DNA from: Candidatus Latescibacterota bacterium | GTDB lineage: Bacteria; Latescibacterota; UBA2968; UBA8231 | Assembly (NCBI GenBank): GCA_963422735.1 | Contig: OY730476.1 | Location: forward strand, 2,688,001 to 2,752,000 | DNA length: 64,000 nucleotides | Direction of reading: 5' to 3' | Shown: positions 18,843 through 28,684 of the stretch, in pieces | How positions within the stretch are numbered: position 1 is the stretch's first letter | Layout of the letters: the number at the start of each line of letters is the position of its first letter | Program-made: the position numbers and the translations under genes | The notes under the pieces: generated by a model | What the model saw: only the letters and a program-made list of their open reading frames with translations | Told to the model about the DNA's origin: nothing | The model's database searches: none

Positions 18843-21374
18843 CTATCTGTCGTGGGGCGATCGTCGGCTGAATTGCTCGGCTAGTAGTTCGAGAAAATAG
18901 GCCGACGATCTATCCGCGGGATTCGCCTGTAGGGCGCGCTGATAAGCCCTTGCCGCGGCCCGATCTCGGCTCTGCAGCCGCATGATATCCCCCTCTAACG
19001 CGTACTCTCCAGCCCTGAAATAGACCTCTATTTTTTTTCGTACTGCAGTAGAAGGTGCCGTCAGTAGCGACAGAGCCGAGGTGCGGTGCGGTGCCAAATT
19101 CTCCAACACCTCCCACGAGCCGCTGCTGTATCCCTTCGGGCCGACAAAGCTGATGTAGGGATGGTCGTCGGTGTTGAGCGGACCTTCCCCCACATAGCGT
19201 CGCAGGGCAACCTCGCCCATCACTAGACTGTTCAAGAGCGCAAATACATTCCCCATATCAATGTTCTCTAAGCTGCGATGCACTCGCGGCGGTGCCATTT
19301 TCTCTTTGAGCTTCTCCCAAGCAATCGCCTGTGGCTGCATGGCCCCTACCATGATCGAGTAGTTATTCGAGCGCCACAAGGTGGCGTGGGGAAAGACGTG
19401 CTGAAAGGTCCGCACGATGGTCTTGTAGTCGTCTGGAGGCAGGCCGTGAAAGGGTAGCCACTGGGCCATGATCCCGTCAGCAGTCAGGTGTGCTCGGCAC
19501 AACTCGTAAAATTCCTTTGTATAGAGCACCCAGCTATCGGCACTCGTCGGATGGGTGGCGTCCCCGGTGATGATTTGGTAGGTGTCGCGGCTGGAGAGGA
19601 GAAAATTGCGGCCGTCGTCGATGATTAATTCGATATTCCACGCAGTCGGATTCTCAAGCACGTGGTGATTAAATTCGCCAAAGTGCAACCGGGCCGCGTC
19701 TATCACCTCCGGCACCAACTCGACACACGTGATGCGTCGCGGCCCGTACTGGGCCGCGGCCCCCAAGGCGATCCCGCCGCCCAAGGAGACGACCAACACC
19801 TCTTGCGGATCGGGATGCAAGAGCAGGGGTAAATGGCCCAACAGACGGAAAATTTGCAGCGAGCTATAGTCGGTAGGCACCTGCCCGCCTCCATTGAGCG
19901 CCATTTTGCGGAAACCATCGGTTTGTTGTTCGACGGTAATGACGCCTTCAGCTCCCTCTCCGTAAAATACCAGTTCTCGGTTTACGGCCGCCGGCTCGGC
20001 AATGCGCCGCAGCACATCCGAGGGTACCAAGGCTAGCAGCAGTGCCAAACCCGCCGCCCCGCTCCAGACTAGTCGCTTGCGTTTCTGGCTAATCAAGGCG
20101 ATGGTTAGGCCAACCAAGCCATTCAACGCCGCCAGCACCTTGACGCTCCACTCGGTCCCCAGCAGCGGAATTAGCACAAACCCCGTCACAAAAGCCCCCC
20201 CAACCGCACCCAAGCTGTTGGCTGCGCCTATATCCCCTATGCCGCGCCCCAGACGCGCCAGTTGTCGCGTGTAGATTTGACTGATCAGCGGAAAGATAAC
20301 TCCCATCGCCAAAGTCGGCAGCAACATGATGGCGACGGCCGTAAAAAACACGCCTGCCCTCGACACCCACCACGAATCCGCCCGCTGGATCGGCTCCACA
20401 AGAGCGGATAAGTGGGCAAAGGCCAACACGGACAGGGCTCCGCACGCGCCGATCAAAAACTGGACCCAGACAAAGATCGAGAGCAAATCTGCCCGCCGCG
20501 TGAGTAGCCGACTGCCCAGCCATCCCCCTAAGGCCAGTCCACTCAAAAAGGCCACCAAGACAATGCTGAACTCGTAGTGTGAATTGAAGGAAAAACTCAC
20601 CATCAAGAGCCGCATCCACGCCACTTCGTAGCCTAGGGCGACAAAACCGGAGAGTGCAAAGCCAGCCAGCACGCCCCACAGGATGCGGTCGGAGTGCGAG
20701 GTCTTTTTTATTGCTTCTTCGCCGATGGTGACGGCTCGTTGGCCCCCCCAAAGCCAAGCCGCGCCCGCCACCAAGAAATTCACTGCGGCGATGGCTTGCG
20801 TCGTCCCCTGCAAACCCAGCCCTTCCATCAGTCCGAAGGTCGCTGCCAACACCCCGACGACCGCACCCAGCGTGTTGACCGCATAGAGTTGTCCGACCCG
20901 ACCGCCTAATCTGCCCAACCGCCGCACCGCAAATTTGGCTATGACCGGTAGGGTCCCCCCCATCAGAGCCGTGGGGATAAGGAGCAAGACAAAGCAAAGG
21001 CCGAAGCGGGTTAGGGAAAAGAAGTAAAAATTCCCCTGTAACCCCACTAAAGCCCCGTAGGCATTGCCCAAATTCGCACTAATACTGGGAAAGAAAAGGG
21101 CAAAAAGACCGACGCCGGCTTCTAGCGCGGCAAAAATCCGCAGCGGGTGCTTGCAGCGGTCGATGTGCCGCCCCAAAACATAGCTGCCCAAGGCTAGGCC
21201 AGCCATGAAGGCACTGAGCACGGTGCTAGTAGCCAGTAGGGTGGTGCCGAAGACCACGGTCAGCATCCGCGCCCACACGACCTGATAGACTAAACTGCTG
21301 ACCCCCGAAAAAAAGAACAGGACCAAGAGCACCTTCTGCTCAGACTGATCCAAGTCCCGACCGCGTTCTTCCAC
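18843..21374 (-). CDS. Fused MFS-like/spermidine synthase-like protein with C-terminal TPR
   Basis: FFFSGVSSLVYQVVWARML membrane module followed by SAM-binding fold (LGGG...CVELVPEV...DDGRNFL...DATHP...YTKEFY...QWLP...NTDDHP). Confidence 0.85.
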   Translation of the reverse strand: MEERGRDLDQSEQKVLLVLFFFSGVSSLVYQVVWARMLTVVFGTTLLATSTVLSAFMAGLALGSYVLGRHIDRCKHPLRIFAALEAGVGLFALFFPSISANLGNAYGALVGLQGNFYFFSLTRFGLCFVLLLIPTALMGGTLPVIAKFAVRRLGRLGGRVGQLYAVNTLGAVVGVLAATFGLMEGLGLQGTTQAIAAVNFLVAGAAWLWGGQRAVTIGEEAIKKTSHSDRILWGVLAGFALSGFVALGYEVAWMRLLMVSFSFNSHYEFSIVLVAFLSGLALGGWLGSRLLTRRADLLSIFVWVQFLIGACGALSVLAFAHLSALVEPIQRADSWWVSRAGVFFTAVAIMLLPTLAMGVIFPLISQIYTRQLARLGRGIGDIGAANSLGAVGGAFVTGFVLIPLLGTEWSVKVLAALNGLVGLTIALISQKRKRLVWSGAAGLALLLALVPSDVLRRIAEPAAVNRELVFYGEGAEGVITVEQQTDGFRKMALNGGGQVPTDYSSLQIFRLLGHLPLLLHPDPQEVLVVSLGGGIALGAAAQYGPRRITCVELVPEVIDAARLHFGEFNHHVLENPTAWNIELIIDDGRNFLLSSRDTYQIITGDATHPTSADSWVLYTKEFYELCRAHLTADGIMAQWLPFHGLPPDDYKTIVRTFQHVFPHATLWRSNNYSIMVGAMQPQAIAWEKLKEKMAPPRVHRSLENIDMGNVFALLNSLVMGEVALRRYVGEGPLNTDDHPYISFVGPKGYSSGSWEVLENLAPHRTSALSLLTAPSTAVRKKIEVYFRAGEYALEGDIMRLQSRDRAAARAYQRALQANPADRSSAYFLELLAEQFSRRSPHDR

Positions 21375-21390
21375 ACTGAATGCTTTTTTT

Positions 21391-21487
21391 AGTGGTTAGT
21401 GATCAGTGGTTAGTGGTTAGTGGCCAGTGGTCAGTCCCCCTCCACCACTCCGAAGGGATGAGTTGGGACTGGATACTGACCACTAAT
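21391..21487. repeat. Heptamer-repeat palindromic element, copy 1
   Basis: Six tandem AGTGRYY units (21391-21432), a spacer flanked by AGTCCC...GGGACT, then inverted units such as GACCACT. Confidence 0.75.
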
Positions 21488-23455
21488 CTAAGGTTCCTCT
21501 ACGGTGAGTCGCTGATTAGTTTGGATGGGGCCGTCCAATATCTGCACCTGACCCGAAGGCCAGCGCACCGTTAGGCGATCCACCACCGCCGCCTCCCCCA
21601 AGCCAAAGTAGAGTCCACAAGCACTCTGCGACAGATACCCCGACTGACCATCCTGCACTTGGGTATATACCTGATTGCCGGCTTCCAACGCGACTACTGC
21701 GCCCAACCCATCCCGATTCGACGATTTCCCCATCAGTACCACTTCCACATAGCGCAACCCCGCCCGCCGTTGACTCAGGTCGCTGAGTAAGACCTGCGGC
21801 ACCCCATTGAACTCATTGGTCACAATGTCGATATCGCCATCGCCCTCCACGTCGAACAGCACCGACGAGCGCGTCCCCAAAGCGCCGTATACCAGCAAGC
21901 CCCCCTCTTGGCCCTCGCAGTTTTTGTGCTCCCTATCCGTCTCGTCGCAGTCGAGGGCGAACCACGGCTGCGCGGTCCGACCGTCGCGTCGCGGCTCCAC
22001 CCCCAACACAAACTCGCTGTCGAGGAAGCCGCGTCCTTGGTCGTTGAGCAAGACGGTGTTGATCCCGTAGCGAAAGGGATAATTCATGCTCGAAGCCACG
22101 AACATATCTTGCCAGCCATCGGCGTTGAGATCGCCGCTGCTCAACCCCCACGGCCAGTAGTTTTCAGCACCGATTAGGTCGGAGGTTTCTTCGAACTGCC
22201 CCTCGTCTATGTGGTGGTAAAAGGCATTGCCGAAGATGCTCAGCCCCTCGCTCTGTAAAAAATCTTCTGGATACTGCATATACGCCTTGAGTTTTTCGTC
22301 CCAAGGACCCACTGGCTGACTCATATCGGAGTGCATATCGGAGATGAAGAGATCCATCCGGCCATCGTTGTCGTAGTCGAGCGCCTTGATCCCCATCGCA
22401 CCCCACGGTGTTTTGGGGAACACCTCGCGGCTCTTTTTGACAAAACGCCGCCCTGCCACATTCTCGTAGTAGGAGTCGTGCCCCTGCATATTGAGCACAT
22501 AGAGGTCCTGCCAGCCATCCCCGTTGAAATCCACCGGACTGGCGTCCCCCGACCAGCTCGAATCCGACAACCCCACTTCGTGCGAGACCTCGGCGAAAAC
22601 CCGCTGACCCAGATTCTTAAACATCGCGCTCTGCTCGGCGCGCTCGGGCTTCAAATGCCCGGAGAAGGCGTCCTTGAAACCCCGGTAGTATTGATATGCC
22701 GCTCCCACTTCCAGCCGCGTCGGATCGACCGCCGCCGTCCTCTTTTCATCTTGGGTATAGACCCCCACATTGGTCAAAAACAGATCCAGCAATCCATCGT
22801 TGTCGTAATCGAAGAACTCACCAGAAGACGAGTGCGCCTGCCAGCCCGTGCCCGAAGGCTCGGTTACATCCTCAAAGCGGCCGGCTCCGTCGTTGACCAA
22901 TAGCCGGTTGCCCAACCGCACCGCCGTGGCATACAGATCGACATCGCCGTCGTTGTCAATGTCGCCAAACGACGCGCTCACCCCGATCCTATCGGCCAAC
23001 TCCAGACTCGGCGTAGTGTAATTCTCAAAGCGCGCTCCGCCGAGATTGCGCCATAGCTGATTGCTTCCTACTTGGGTCGTAAAGTAGAGGTCGTAGAGTC
23101 CATCGCCATCTACGTCCCCCACCGCTAGTCCATTGCCATGGTCGTAGTGGACCGGGATATGATGCTTGCCTGAATCCTCCACCACCCGATTGCGAAACGC
23201 AATGCCACTAGCTTCGAGTTGGTCAGTAAAGGAGAAATCACAAAAGACTTCATAGGCTTGGGCCGCCTCCAATTGGGCTTGTTGGCGGCGCACCAACCAC
23301 GGCGGTTCGACGATTTCGGCCGGCTCGGGAAAGGGCTTGAGAATTTTCCCAAGCCGCAGATCGCCGGATTCAGCGTGGGCAGTTTTTAAGGGAGTGAACG
23401 CAAGAATACACAGCGCAAAGAGAAAAGCCGCATGACAGTTCGGCATGGTCTGCAC
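21488..23455 (-). CDS. CRTAC1-family protein (FG-GAP repeats + ASPIC/UnbV)
   Basis: Signal peptide; GDVDGDGLYDLY, DYDNDGLLDLF repeats; C-terminal SNRDGLGA...SGYLSQS...YFGLG...RWPSG. Confidence 0.9.
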   Translation of the reverse strand: MQTMPNCHAAFLFALCILAFTPLKTAHAESGDLRLGKILKPFPEPAEIVEPPWLVRRQQAQLEAAQAYEVFCDFSFTDQLEASGIAFRNRVVEDSGKHHIPVHYDHGNGLAVGDVDGDGLYDLYFTTQVGSNQLWRNLGGARFENYTTPSLELADRIGVSASFGDIDNDGDVDLYATAVRLGNRLLVNDGAGRFEDVTEPSGTGWQAHSSSGEFFDYDNDGLLDLFLTNVGVYTQDEKRTAAVDPTRLEVGAAYQYYRGFKDAFSGHLKPERAEQSAMFKNLGQRVFAEVSHEVGLSDSSWSGDASPVDFNGDGWQDLYVLNMQGHDSYYENVAGRRFVKKSREVFPKTPWGAMGIKALDYDNDGRMDLFISDMHSDMSQPVGPWDEKLKAYMQYPEDFLQSEGLSIFGNAFYHHIDEGQFEETSDLIGAENYWPWGLSSGDLNADGWQDMFVASSMNYPFRYGINTVLLNDQGRGFLDSEFVLGVEPRRDGRTAQPWFALDCDETDREHKNCEGQEGGLLVYGALGTRSSVLFDVEGDGDIDIVTNEFNGVPQVLLSDLSQRRAGLRYVEVVLMGKSSNRDGLGAVVALEAGNQVYTQVQDGQSGYLSQSACGLYFGLGEAAVVDRLTVRWPSGQVQILDGPIQTNQRLTVEEP

Positions 23456-23617
23456 TTTTCGACGTATTGGCGTTTATGAGAGTGATTTTGTGTTAAGATG
23501 GGCGTTAAACAAGTAGCATGTACCCCTTATGTCAAGAGAATGCGTCTTGCCGCCCCGCCCTTGTGTTGGATATTATGGACTCTCTCAAAAAGCCAAAATT
23601 CTGAGCTTTCGCAAACC

Positions 23618-26185
23618 ATGGTCTTCTACTCATCTGTCCATCGTCTTCTCTTGCTATTCCTGATAGTTCCCCTGCCCTCGACAGCCCAATACGAAGTGAC
23701 CATAGAAGGCAAAGCCTACCAACTCATCCTCGCTCGCGATCTCGTCGCAGCAATCCAGCAAGCCGCTGCCGACACCGCACTCGAATACAACCGCATTGTG
23801 GTGCAGGGACCACTTGAATTGACCGGCGACACCTTGCGCGCGGCACTCGCTTTTGAGGATGTGCGCTTTGCTAGTCCCGTAGTCTTAGAACGCGCCGTTT
23901 TTCTACAACCGATGCGCTTTGTTCGCACCCACTTCCAACAGGGGATCTCCCTGCTCGAAACTCGCTTCGAAAGTGGATTTTCCTGCCGCGACTGCCGCAT
24001 AGTGGGCAAGGCCAACTGCAAACGGACTTTGCTTGCCGACAAAGTAGATTTTTCGGCCACCCAGTTTTTCGGCACGGCCTTTTTTCAGCAGACCAACTTT
24101 AGCGGAGAAACCACCTTTGAGCGCACTCAATTTGAGGACGCGACCTATTTCGACCAGACTGCATTTGCCCGCTCCACCCATTTTCAGGATGCTTCCTTTG
24201 CAGCGCTGGCCTCCTTCAAAGAAGCGGTGTGGCAATCGACCGTCTCATTTGCTGGCGTTCGCTTTGGCGAGGATGCCCTGTTCGAGCAAAGCCGCTTTGC
24301 GGGAGCCACCACGTTCACGGCAGCCTACTTCCGCGGCGCAGCCCATTTCGAGCGAGCCAATTTCTCCGCTACGGCTTCCTTCCGCCGAATCGTCTTTGTC
24401 GGCCCGGCCCGCTTTGTCGATTCCCACTTTCACGACTCGGCTTTCTTTATTGACAGCCGCTTCAAACAGGAGGCCATCTTTGCTGGCGCGACCTTTGCCC
24501 GGCCTTTCCGTCCTAATGCCCATTTTAGTGTCGCCCCCAACTTAGCAGATATGACCGCTCCTCTCATAGACCTAAAACCCAAGGCCGCAGCCCGCCCGGT
24601 TTCCCCTCCAGACACCTCCGACCCTAGCTGCGACCCCATTCAATTGGTCGATATAACCCAAGCGGCCGGCCTTGATTTTGAGCACTACAACGGCTTTTCG
24701 GGCGAATACTACTACGTCGAAACTTTTGGTGCCGGGGCGGCCTTCCTCGACGTGGACGGCGATGGCTGGCTCGATCTCTATCTGGTCAACGGCGCCCCCT
24801 TAAGCGACGAACGCCCCGAGCCAATCCCCGCCAATCGCCTGTACCACAACACCGGTGCTGGCGGTTTCACCGATGTGACGGCTGCCTCAGAGGCCGGGCA
24901 CACTGGCTACGGCATGGGCGGGGCCGCCGCCGACTACGACGCCGATGGGGATGTGGATCTCTACGTGACCAACGTTGGCCCCAACCTCCTGTTGCGCAAT
25001 GAGGGCGATGGGCACTTTGCCGACGCGACCGCAGCCGTGGGCGGGGCCGATGCCCGGTGGGGCACTAGTTGCGGCTTTCTAGACTACGACCTCGACGGCG
25101 ATTTGGATCTCTACGCGACCAATTACGTGGACTTTGACCCACAAAAAAACATCGTCTGCGCCGAGGACGGTATTCGCTCCTATTGCGAGCCAAAATTCTA
25201 CGAGCCGGTAGGCGATGTACTCTACCGCAACGAAGACGGCCAATTCCTCGATGTGGCGTTGGAGGCGGGAATCATCCACAAGGGACGCGGCTTGGGCGTG
25301 GCCTTCTCGGACTACGACCTCGACGGCGACACCGACATTTACGTGGCCAACGACGGCACGATGAACTTCCTCTACCAAAACCAAGGGAACCGCTTTGCCG
25401 AGGTCGGCCTCTACGCCGGAGGGCGCTACAACGAGGATGGCTTGGCCGAAGCCGGCATGGGGGTGGAGTTCGGGGATTGGGACAACGACGGGTTCCAAGA
25501 TATTTTTGTGACCAACTTCGCCCAAGAGACCAATACCTTGTACGGCAACGATGGGCAGGGGCAATTCTACGACATCACTCTTCGCGCTGGCCTAGCCGAA
25601 TGCAGTTACAAACCGCTGGGTTTTGGAACCAATTTCCTCGACTACGACAACGACGGCGACCTAGACCTCTTTGTCGCCAACGGCCACGTCATGGACAAAA
25701 TCACCCAAGTACATCCCGACCATGCCTATCCGCAGCCCAATCAGGTGCTCTGCAACCAGCGGGGGACCCGCTTTGTCGATGTCTCTGCTAGGCTCGGCCC
25801 CGCGCTCGCAGTAGCGGCGGTAAGCCGCGGTTCGGCCACGGCCGACTACGACAACGATGGCGATCTAGACCTGCTAGTGACCAATGTTGCCGCCACCCCC
25901 AACCTCCTGCGCAACGACGGGGGCAACCGGCAGCACTGGCTGGCGGTTCAGTTAGGGGACACCTCGCAGCACGTCCGCGTCGCCGTGACGGCCGATGGGC
26001 AGCGCCAAGTCAAGGAGCACCTATCGGGCGGTAGTTATCTTTCGAGTAGCGACCCCCGTCTCCACTTTGGCCTAGGAAGGGCCACCCAGGCCACAGTAGA
26101 AATCCGCTGGCCCGACGGCAGGCTGCAAAAAATGGAAGAGGTGGCGGCCGATCAGATCCTGCACATAGTTCAACCTAAACCCTAG
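23618..26185 (+). CDS. Pentapeptide-repeat + CRTAC1-family fusion protein
   Basis: Signal peptide from ATG 23618; N-terminal AxFxxxxF repeats, Pro-rich linker, then DYDxDGDxDL repeats and ASPIC/UnbV tail (SYLSSSD...HFGLG...RWPDG). Confidence 0.85.
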   Translation: MVFYSSVHRLLLLFLIVPLPSTAQYEVTIEGKAYQLILARDLVAAIQQAAADTALEYNRIVVQGPLELTGDTLRAALAFEDVRFASPVVLERAVFLQPMRFVRTHFQQGISLLETRFESGFSCRDCRIVGKANCKRTLLADKVDFSATQFFGTAFFQQTNFSGETTFERTQFEDATYFDQTAFARSTHFQDASFAALASFKEAVWQSTVSFAGVRFGEDALFEQSRFAGATTFTAAYFRGAAHFERANFSATASFRRIVFVGPARFVDSHFHDSAFFIDSRFKQEAIFAGATFARPFRPNAHFSVAPNLADMTAPLIDLKPKAAARPVSPPDTSDPSCDPIQLVDITQAAGLDFEHYNGFSGEYYYVETFGAGAAFLDVDGDGWLDLYLVNGAPLSDERPEPIPANRLYHNTGAGGFTDVTAASEAGHTGYGMGGAAADYDADGDVDLYVTNVGPNLLLRNEGDGHFADATAAVGGADARWGTSCGFLDYDLDGDLDLYATNYVDFDPQKNIVCAEDGIRSYCEPKFYEPVGDVLYRNEDGQFLDVALEAGIIHKGRGLGVAFSDYDLDGDTDIYVANDGTMNFLYQNQGNRFAEVGLYAGGRYNEDGLAEAGMGVEFGDWDNDGFQDIFVTNFAQETNTLYGNDGQGQFYDITLRAGLAECSYKPLGFGTNFLDYDNDGDLDLFVANGHVMDKITQVHPDHAYPQPNQVLCNQRGTRFVDVSARLGPALAVAAVSRGSATADYDNDGDLDLLVTNVAATPNLLRNDGGNRQHWLAVQLGDTSQHVRVAVTADGQRQVKEHLSGGSYLSSSDPRLHFGLGRATQATVEIRWPDGRLQKMEEVAADQILHIVQPKP

Positions 26186-26194
26186 GAGTTGCAG

Positions 26195-28174
26195 ATGATC
26201 ACCAACTCCCCCGTACTACGACCACGGTACGGCCTATTTGCCCTTCTAATTCTGGGCGCGGCCTGCGCCCAAGACCCCGACGAAGCCTTAGAAAAACACC
26301 TCCGCCTCACCCGCCAAAACCCCACCGCACCGCCCGCTTACTACAACTTGGCCGTGGCCTATACGCAAGCCGGCCGCTACGACGAAGCCCAGCGCAACTA
26401 CGCCAAAGCACTCGACCTCGATCCAAACTACGCCCGCGCCCACGATGGCTTGGGGCTTTTGGCCCAGCGGCGCGGTGCCTTGGACGAGGCCGCCGCCCAC
26501 TTTCAAAAAGCCCTTGGCCTCGACTCCACCTTGGCTGCGACGAGCAATAATCTGGGCAATATTCACTACCAGAAAGGAGCCTTGGAAAAAGCGGCAGCCG
26601 CGTATCAAGCGGCCGTGCGCCAAGCCCCAGAGCACATTGCGTTCTACATCAATCTCGCCCGCGCCCTGCGCGATCTGCGAGAATTCGACCAAGCGGTAGC
26701 CGCCCTGTTGCGGGCCGTTGACCTCGACCCATTTTCCCGAGAAATCCACGCGGCCTTAGGCCATCTTTACGCCGAAGATTTGCGCGTTGAAGCCGCGGTA
26801 GCCGCCTACGGCGAGGCCCTCCGCATCGCGCCCAGTGCCGACCTCCACATCCGCTTGGGAGATGTCTATACCCGCGTTGAAAAATTGGACGAGGCGGTCC
26901 ACGAGTACGAAAGTGCCATAGAATTGGACGGGGACAACGCCGAAGCTCGTTATAAGTTGGGGGCCCTCTATACCACCCAGCAGCGCATCCCCGAAGCAGT
27001 GACCTTGGCCGAAAAATCCATCGCACTAGATTCGACTCAGACGGCGGCCCTGCAGCTCTTGTCGCGACTATATGCCAACCAAGGCTTCTATGACAAGGCC
27101 GAAAAATCCCTGCTGCAAGCCATTGAAGTGGATTCCAACTTGATGGAAGCTCGTAGCGAACTGGGGGGCCTCTACATCCGCCAAACCCAGTACCAAAAGG
27201 CCGAAGCCATCTTAAAAGAAGCCGTGGCAATGGATCCGCAGCACGGCGAATCTTGGCGCCAATTGGGTCTGCTCTATAGCGAGTTGAAGCGTCCCGAAGA
27301 AGCAGCCAAGATGCTGCGCCAAGTTCTCGCAATCAATCCCTTGCACCCGGAAGCCCTATATAATTTAGCCAATGTCTTACTCGCTCTTGGTCAAGCGACC
27401 GAGGCCGAGCGCCTACAAAACCGCTTTGAACGCCTCGTGCGCCTCCACAACCACATCAACCAGCTACAGCAGACTCTCGACGCCGCCCCTGCCAACGCCA
27501 AAGCCCGCTTGCGTCTGGCTCGCGCTTATCTCGCGCTCCGACAGTGGGAAAAGGCCGAAGCCCAGTACCGTTTGCTGCTCTCCTTTGTGCCCACCCATTT
27601 GGAGGCGCGTCTCCAACTAAGCGGCCTCTATGCCCAGCGCGGCAAACTCGCTAGCGCACTGCGGGTATGCCAAGAGGCCCTAGCGCACAGCCCCCCGGAC
27701 TCTGCCCTCTATAAAATTTACTTTGCGCTCGGTCATCTCTACCACGCACAGGGGCGTATCGAGGAGGCCGAGGCCGCCTTAGAACGCACGTTGGCTCTAG
27801 AGCCGGCCCATGCGCAAGCCTATAATAATCTGGGTAATCTCCACCTAGAAAAGAACGATCTCCAACAGGCGGCAACAGCCTACCAAAAGGCGCTTGAGGT
27901 AGCACCCAACTTTGCCGAGGCTCACTACAATTTGGGCCGCCTCTACGCCCAACAGAAGGCCCGTGCTAAGGCCGTACGCCAGTACCAAGCCGCCCTGCGT
28001 GCGGATTCTACCTACGCCAGAGCGCATTATGCGCTTGGCGTGTTCTATCAAGAGGCGTCCCAGCCCCGCCAAGCCATTCGCGCCTACAAGCATTTTCTCG
28101 CGCAGTGGCGGGGCGATCCCCGCCTAACTCAAGCCGCCCAAAAGGCATTAGCCCAACTTGCAGATCCTCAATAA
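26195..28174 (+). CDS. Tetratricopeptide-repeat protein (possible lipoprotein)
   Basis: AGGAG RBS before ATG 26195; hydrophobic leader ending AAC; many TPR units (AYYNLAVAY, AYNNLGNL, AHYNLG). Confidence 0.9.
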   Translation: MITNSPVLRPRYGLFALLILGAACAQDPDEALEKHLRLTRQNPTAPPAYYNLAVAYTQAGRYDEAQRNYAKALDLDPNYARAHDGLGLLAQRRGALDEAAAHFQKALGLDSTLAATSNNLGNIHYQKGALEKAAAAYQAAVRQAPEHIAFYINLARALRDLREFDQAVAALLRAVDLDPFSREIHAALGHLYAEDLRVEAAVAAYGEALRIAPSADLHIRLGDVYTRVEKLDEAVHEYESAIELDGDNAEARYKLGALYTTQQRIPEAVTLAEKSIALDSTQTAALQLLSRLYANQGFYDKAEKSLLQAIEVDSNLMEARSELGGLYIRQTQYQKAEAILKEAVAMDPQHGESWRQLGLLYSELKRPEEAAKMLRQVLAINPLHPEALYNLANVLLALGQATEAERLQNRFERLVRLHNHINQLQQTLDAAPANAKARLRLARAYLALRQWEKAEAQYRLLLSFVPTHLEARLQLSGLYAQRGKLASALRVCQEALAHSPPDSALYKIYFALGHLYHAQGRIEEAEAALERTLALEPAHAQAYNNLGNLHLEKNDLQQAATAYQKALEVAPNFAEAHYNLGRLYAQQKARAKAVRQYQAALRADSTYARAHYALGVFYQEASQPRQAIRAYKHFLAQWRGDPRLTQAAQKALAQLADPQ

Positions 28175-28240
28175 GTCCATTTAGGTAATGATCATTCCTC
28201 TACCACTCTACTTTGTTGCAACGAGAAAACCGAAAAAGAA

Positions 28241-28684
28241 ATGAGGCTAGCAATAAAAACAGCATACGCCGGTATTTTATTGGTCGCGCTGCTGGCCACC
28301 CAGAGCGCAGCGTTTTCTCAAACCGAGTTTCACCTTCAGTACGGCAAACACAAGAGTCCATTCTCGGCAGCCGCACAACAGACCTTTGTATTTACTGTGC
28401 AACAGGCTGCAGGATGGAAATGGAGGATGGCTCCTTCTTTATCGACTACCTCAATGACGACTCCCGCGGCGGCTTCAACGACCGAGATTTCTATGCCGAG
28501 AGGTATCCAACCCTGAGTTTCGGCAGGCTGACCAACAAGGAATTGCGCGTCGGCCCCATTCGGGATTTTTCCCTGATTGCCGGGATCAACGTCGGCGGCG
28601 ACTCCAAAGTAGTGAAGCACCTGCCCGGTCTGCGGGCCTCTTGGGACCTGCCGGGATTTCTGTTTCTAAATACGGGACCTGATG
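28241..28684 (+). pseudogene. Frameshifted and truncated Tsx/DUF5020-like outer-membrane channel gene
   Basis: Signal peptide + QTEFHLQYGK...QQAAGWKW in one frame; SFFIDY...DFYAERYPTLS...GPIRDFSLIAGIN...LPGLRASWDLPGFLFLNT continues in another frame after ~28425; protein-like sequence stops near 28680. Confidence 0.65.

Noticed and set aside
21391-21487. Tandem repeats here and at 40631-40718 as a CRISPR array
   Set aside because: Units are 7 bp and contiguous, there are no unique spacers between 23-50 bp repeats, and no cas genes are present.
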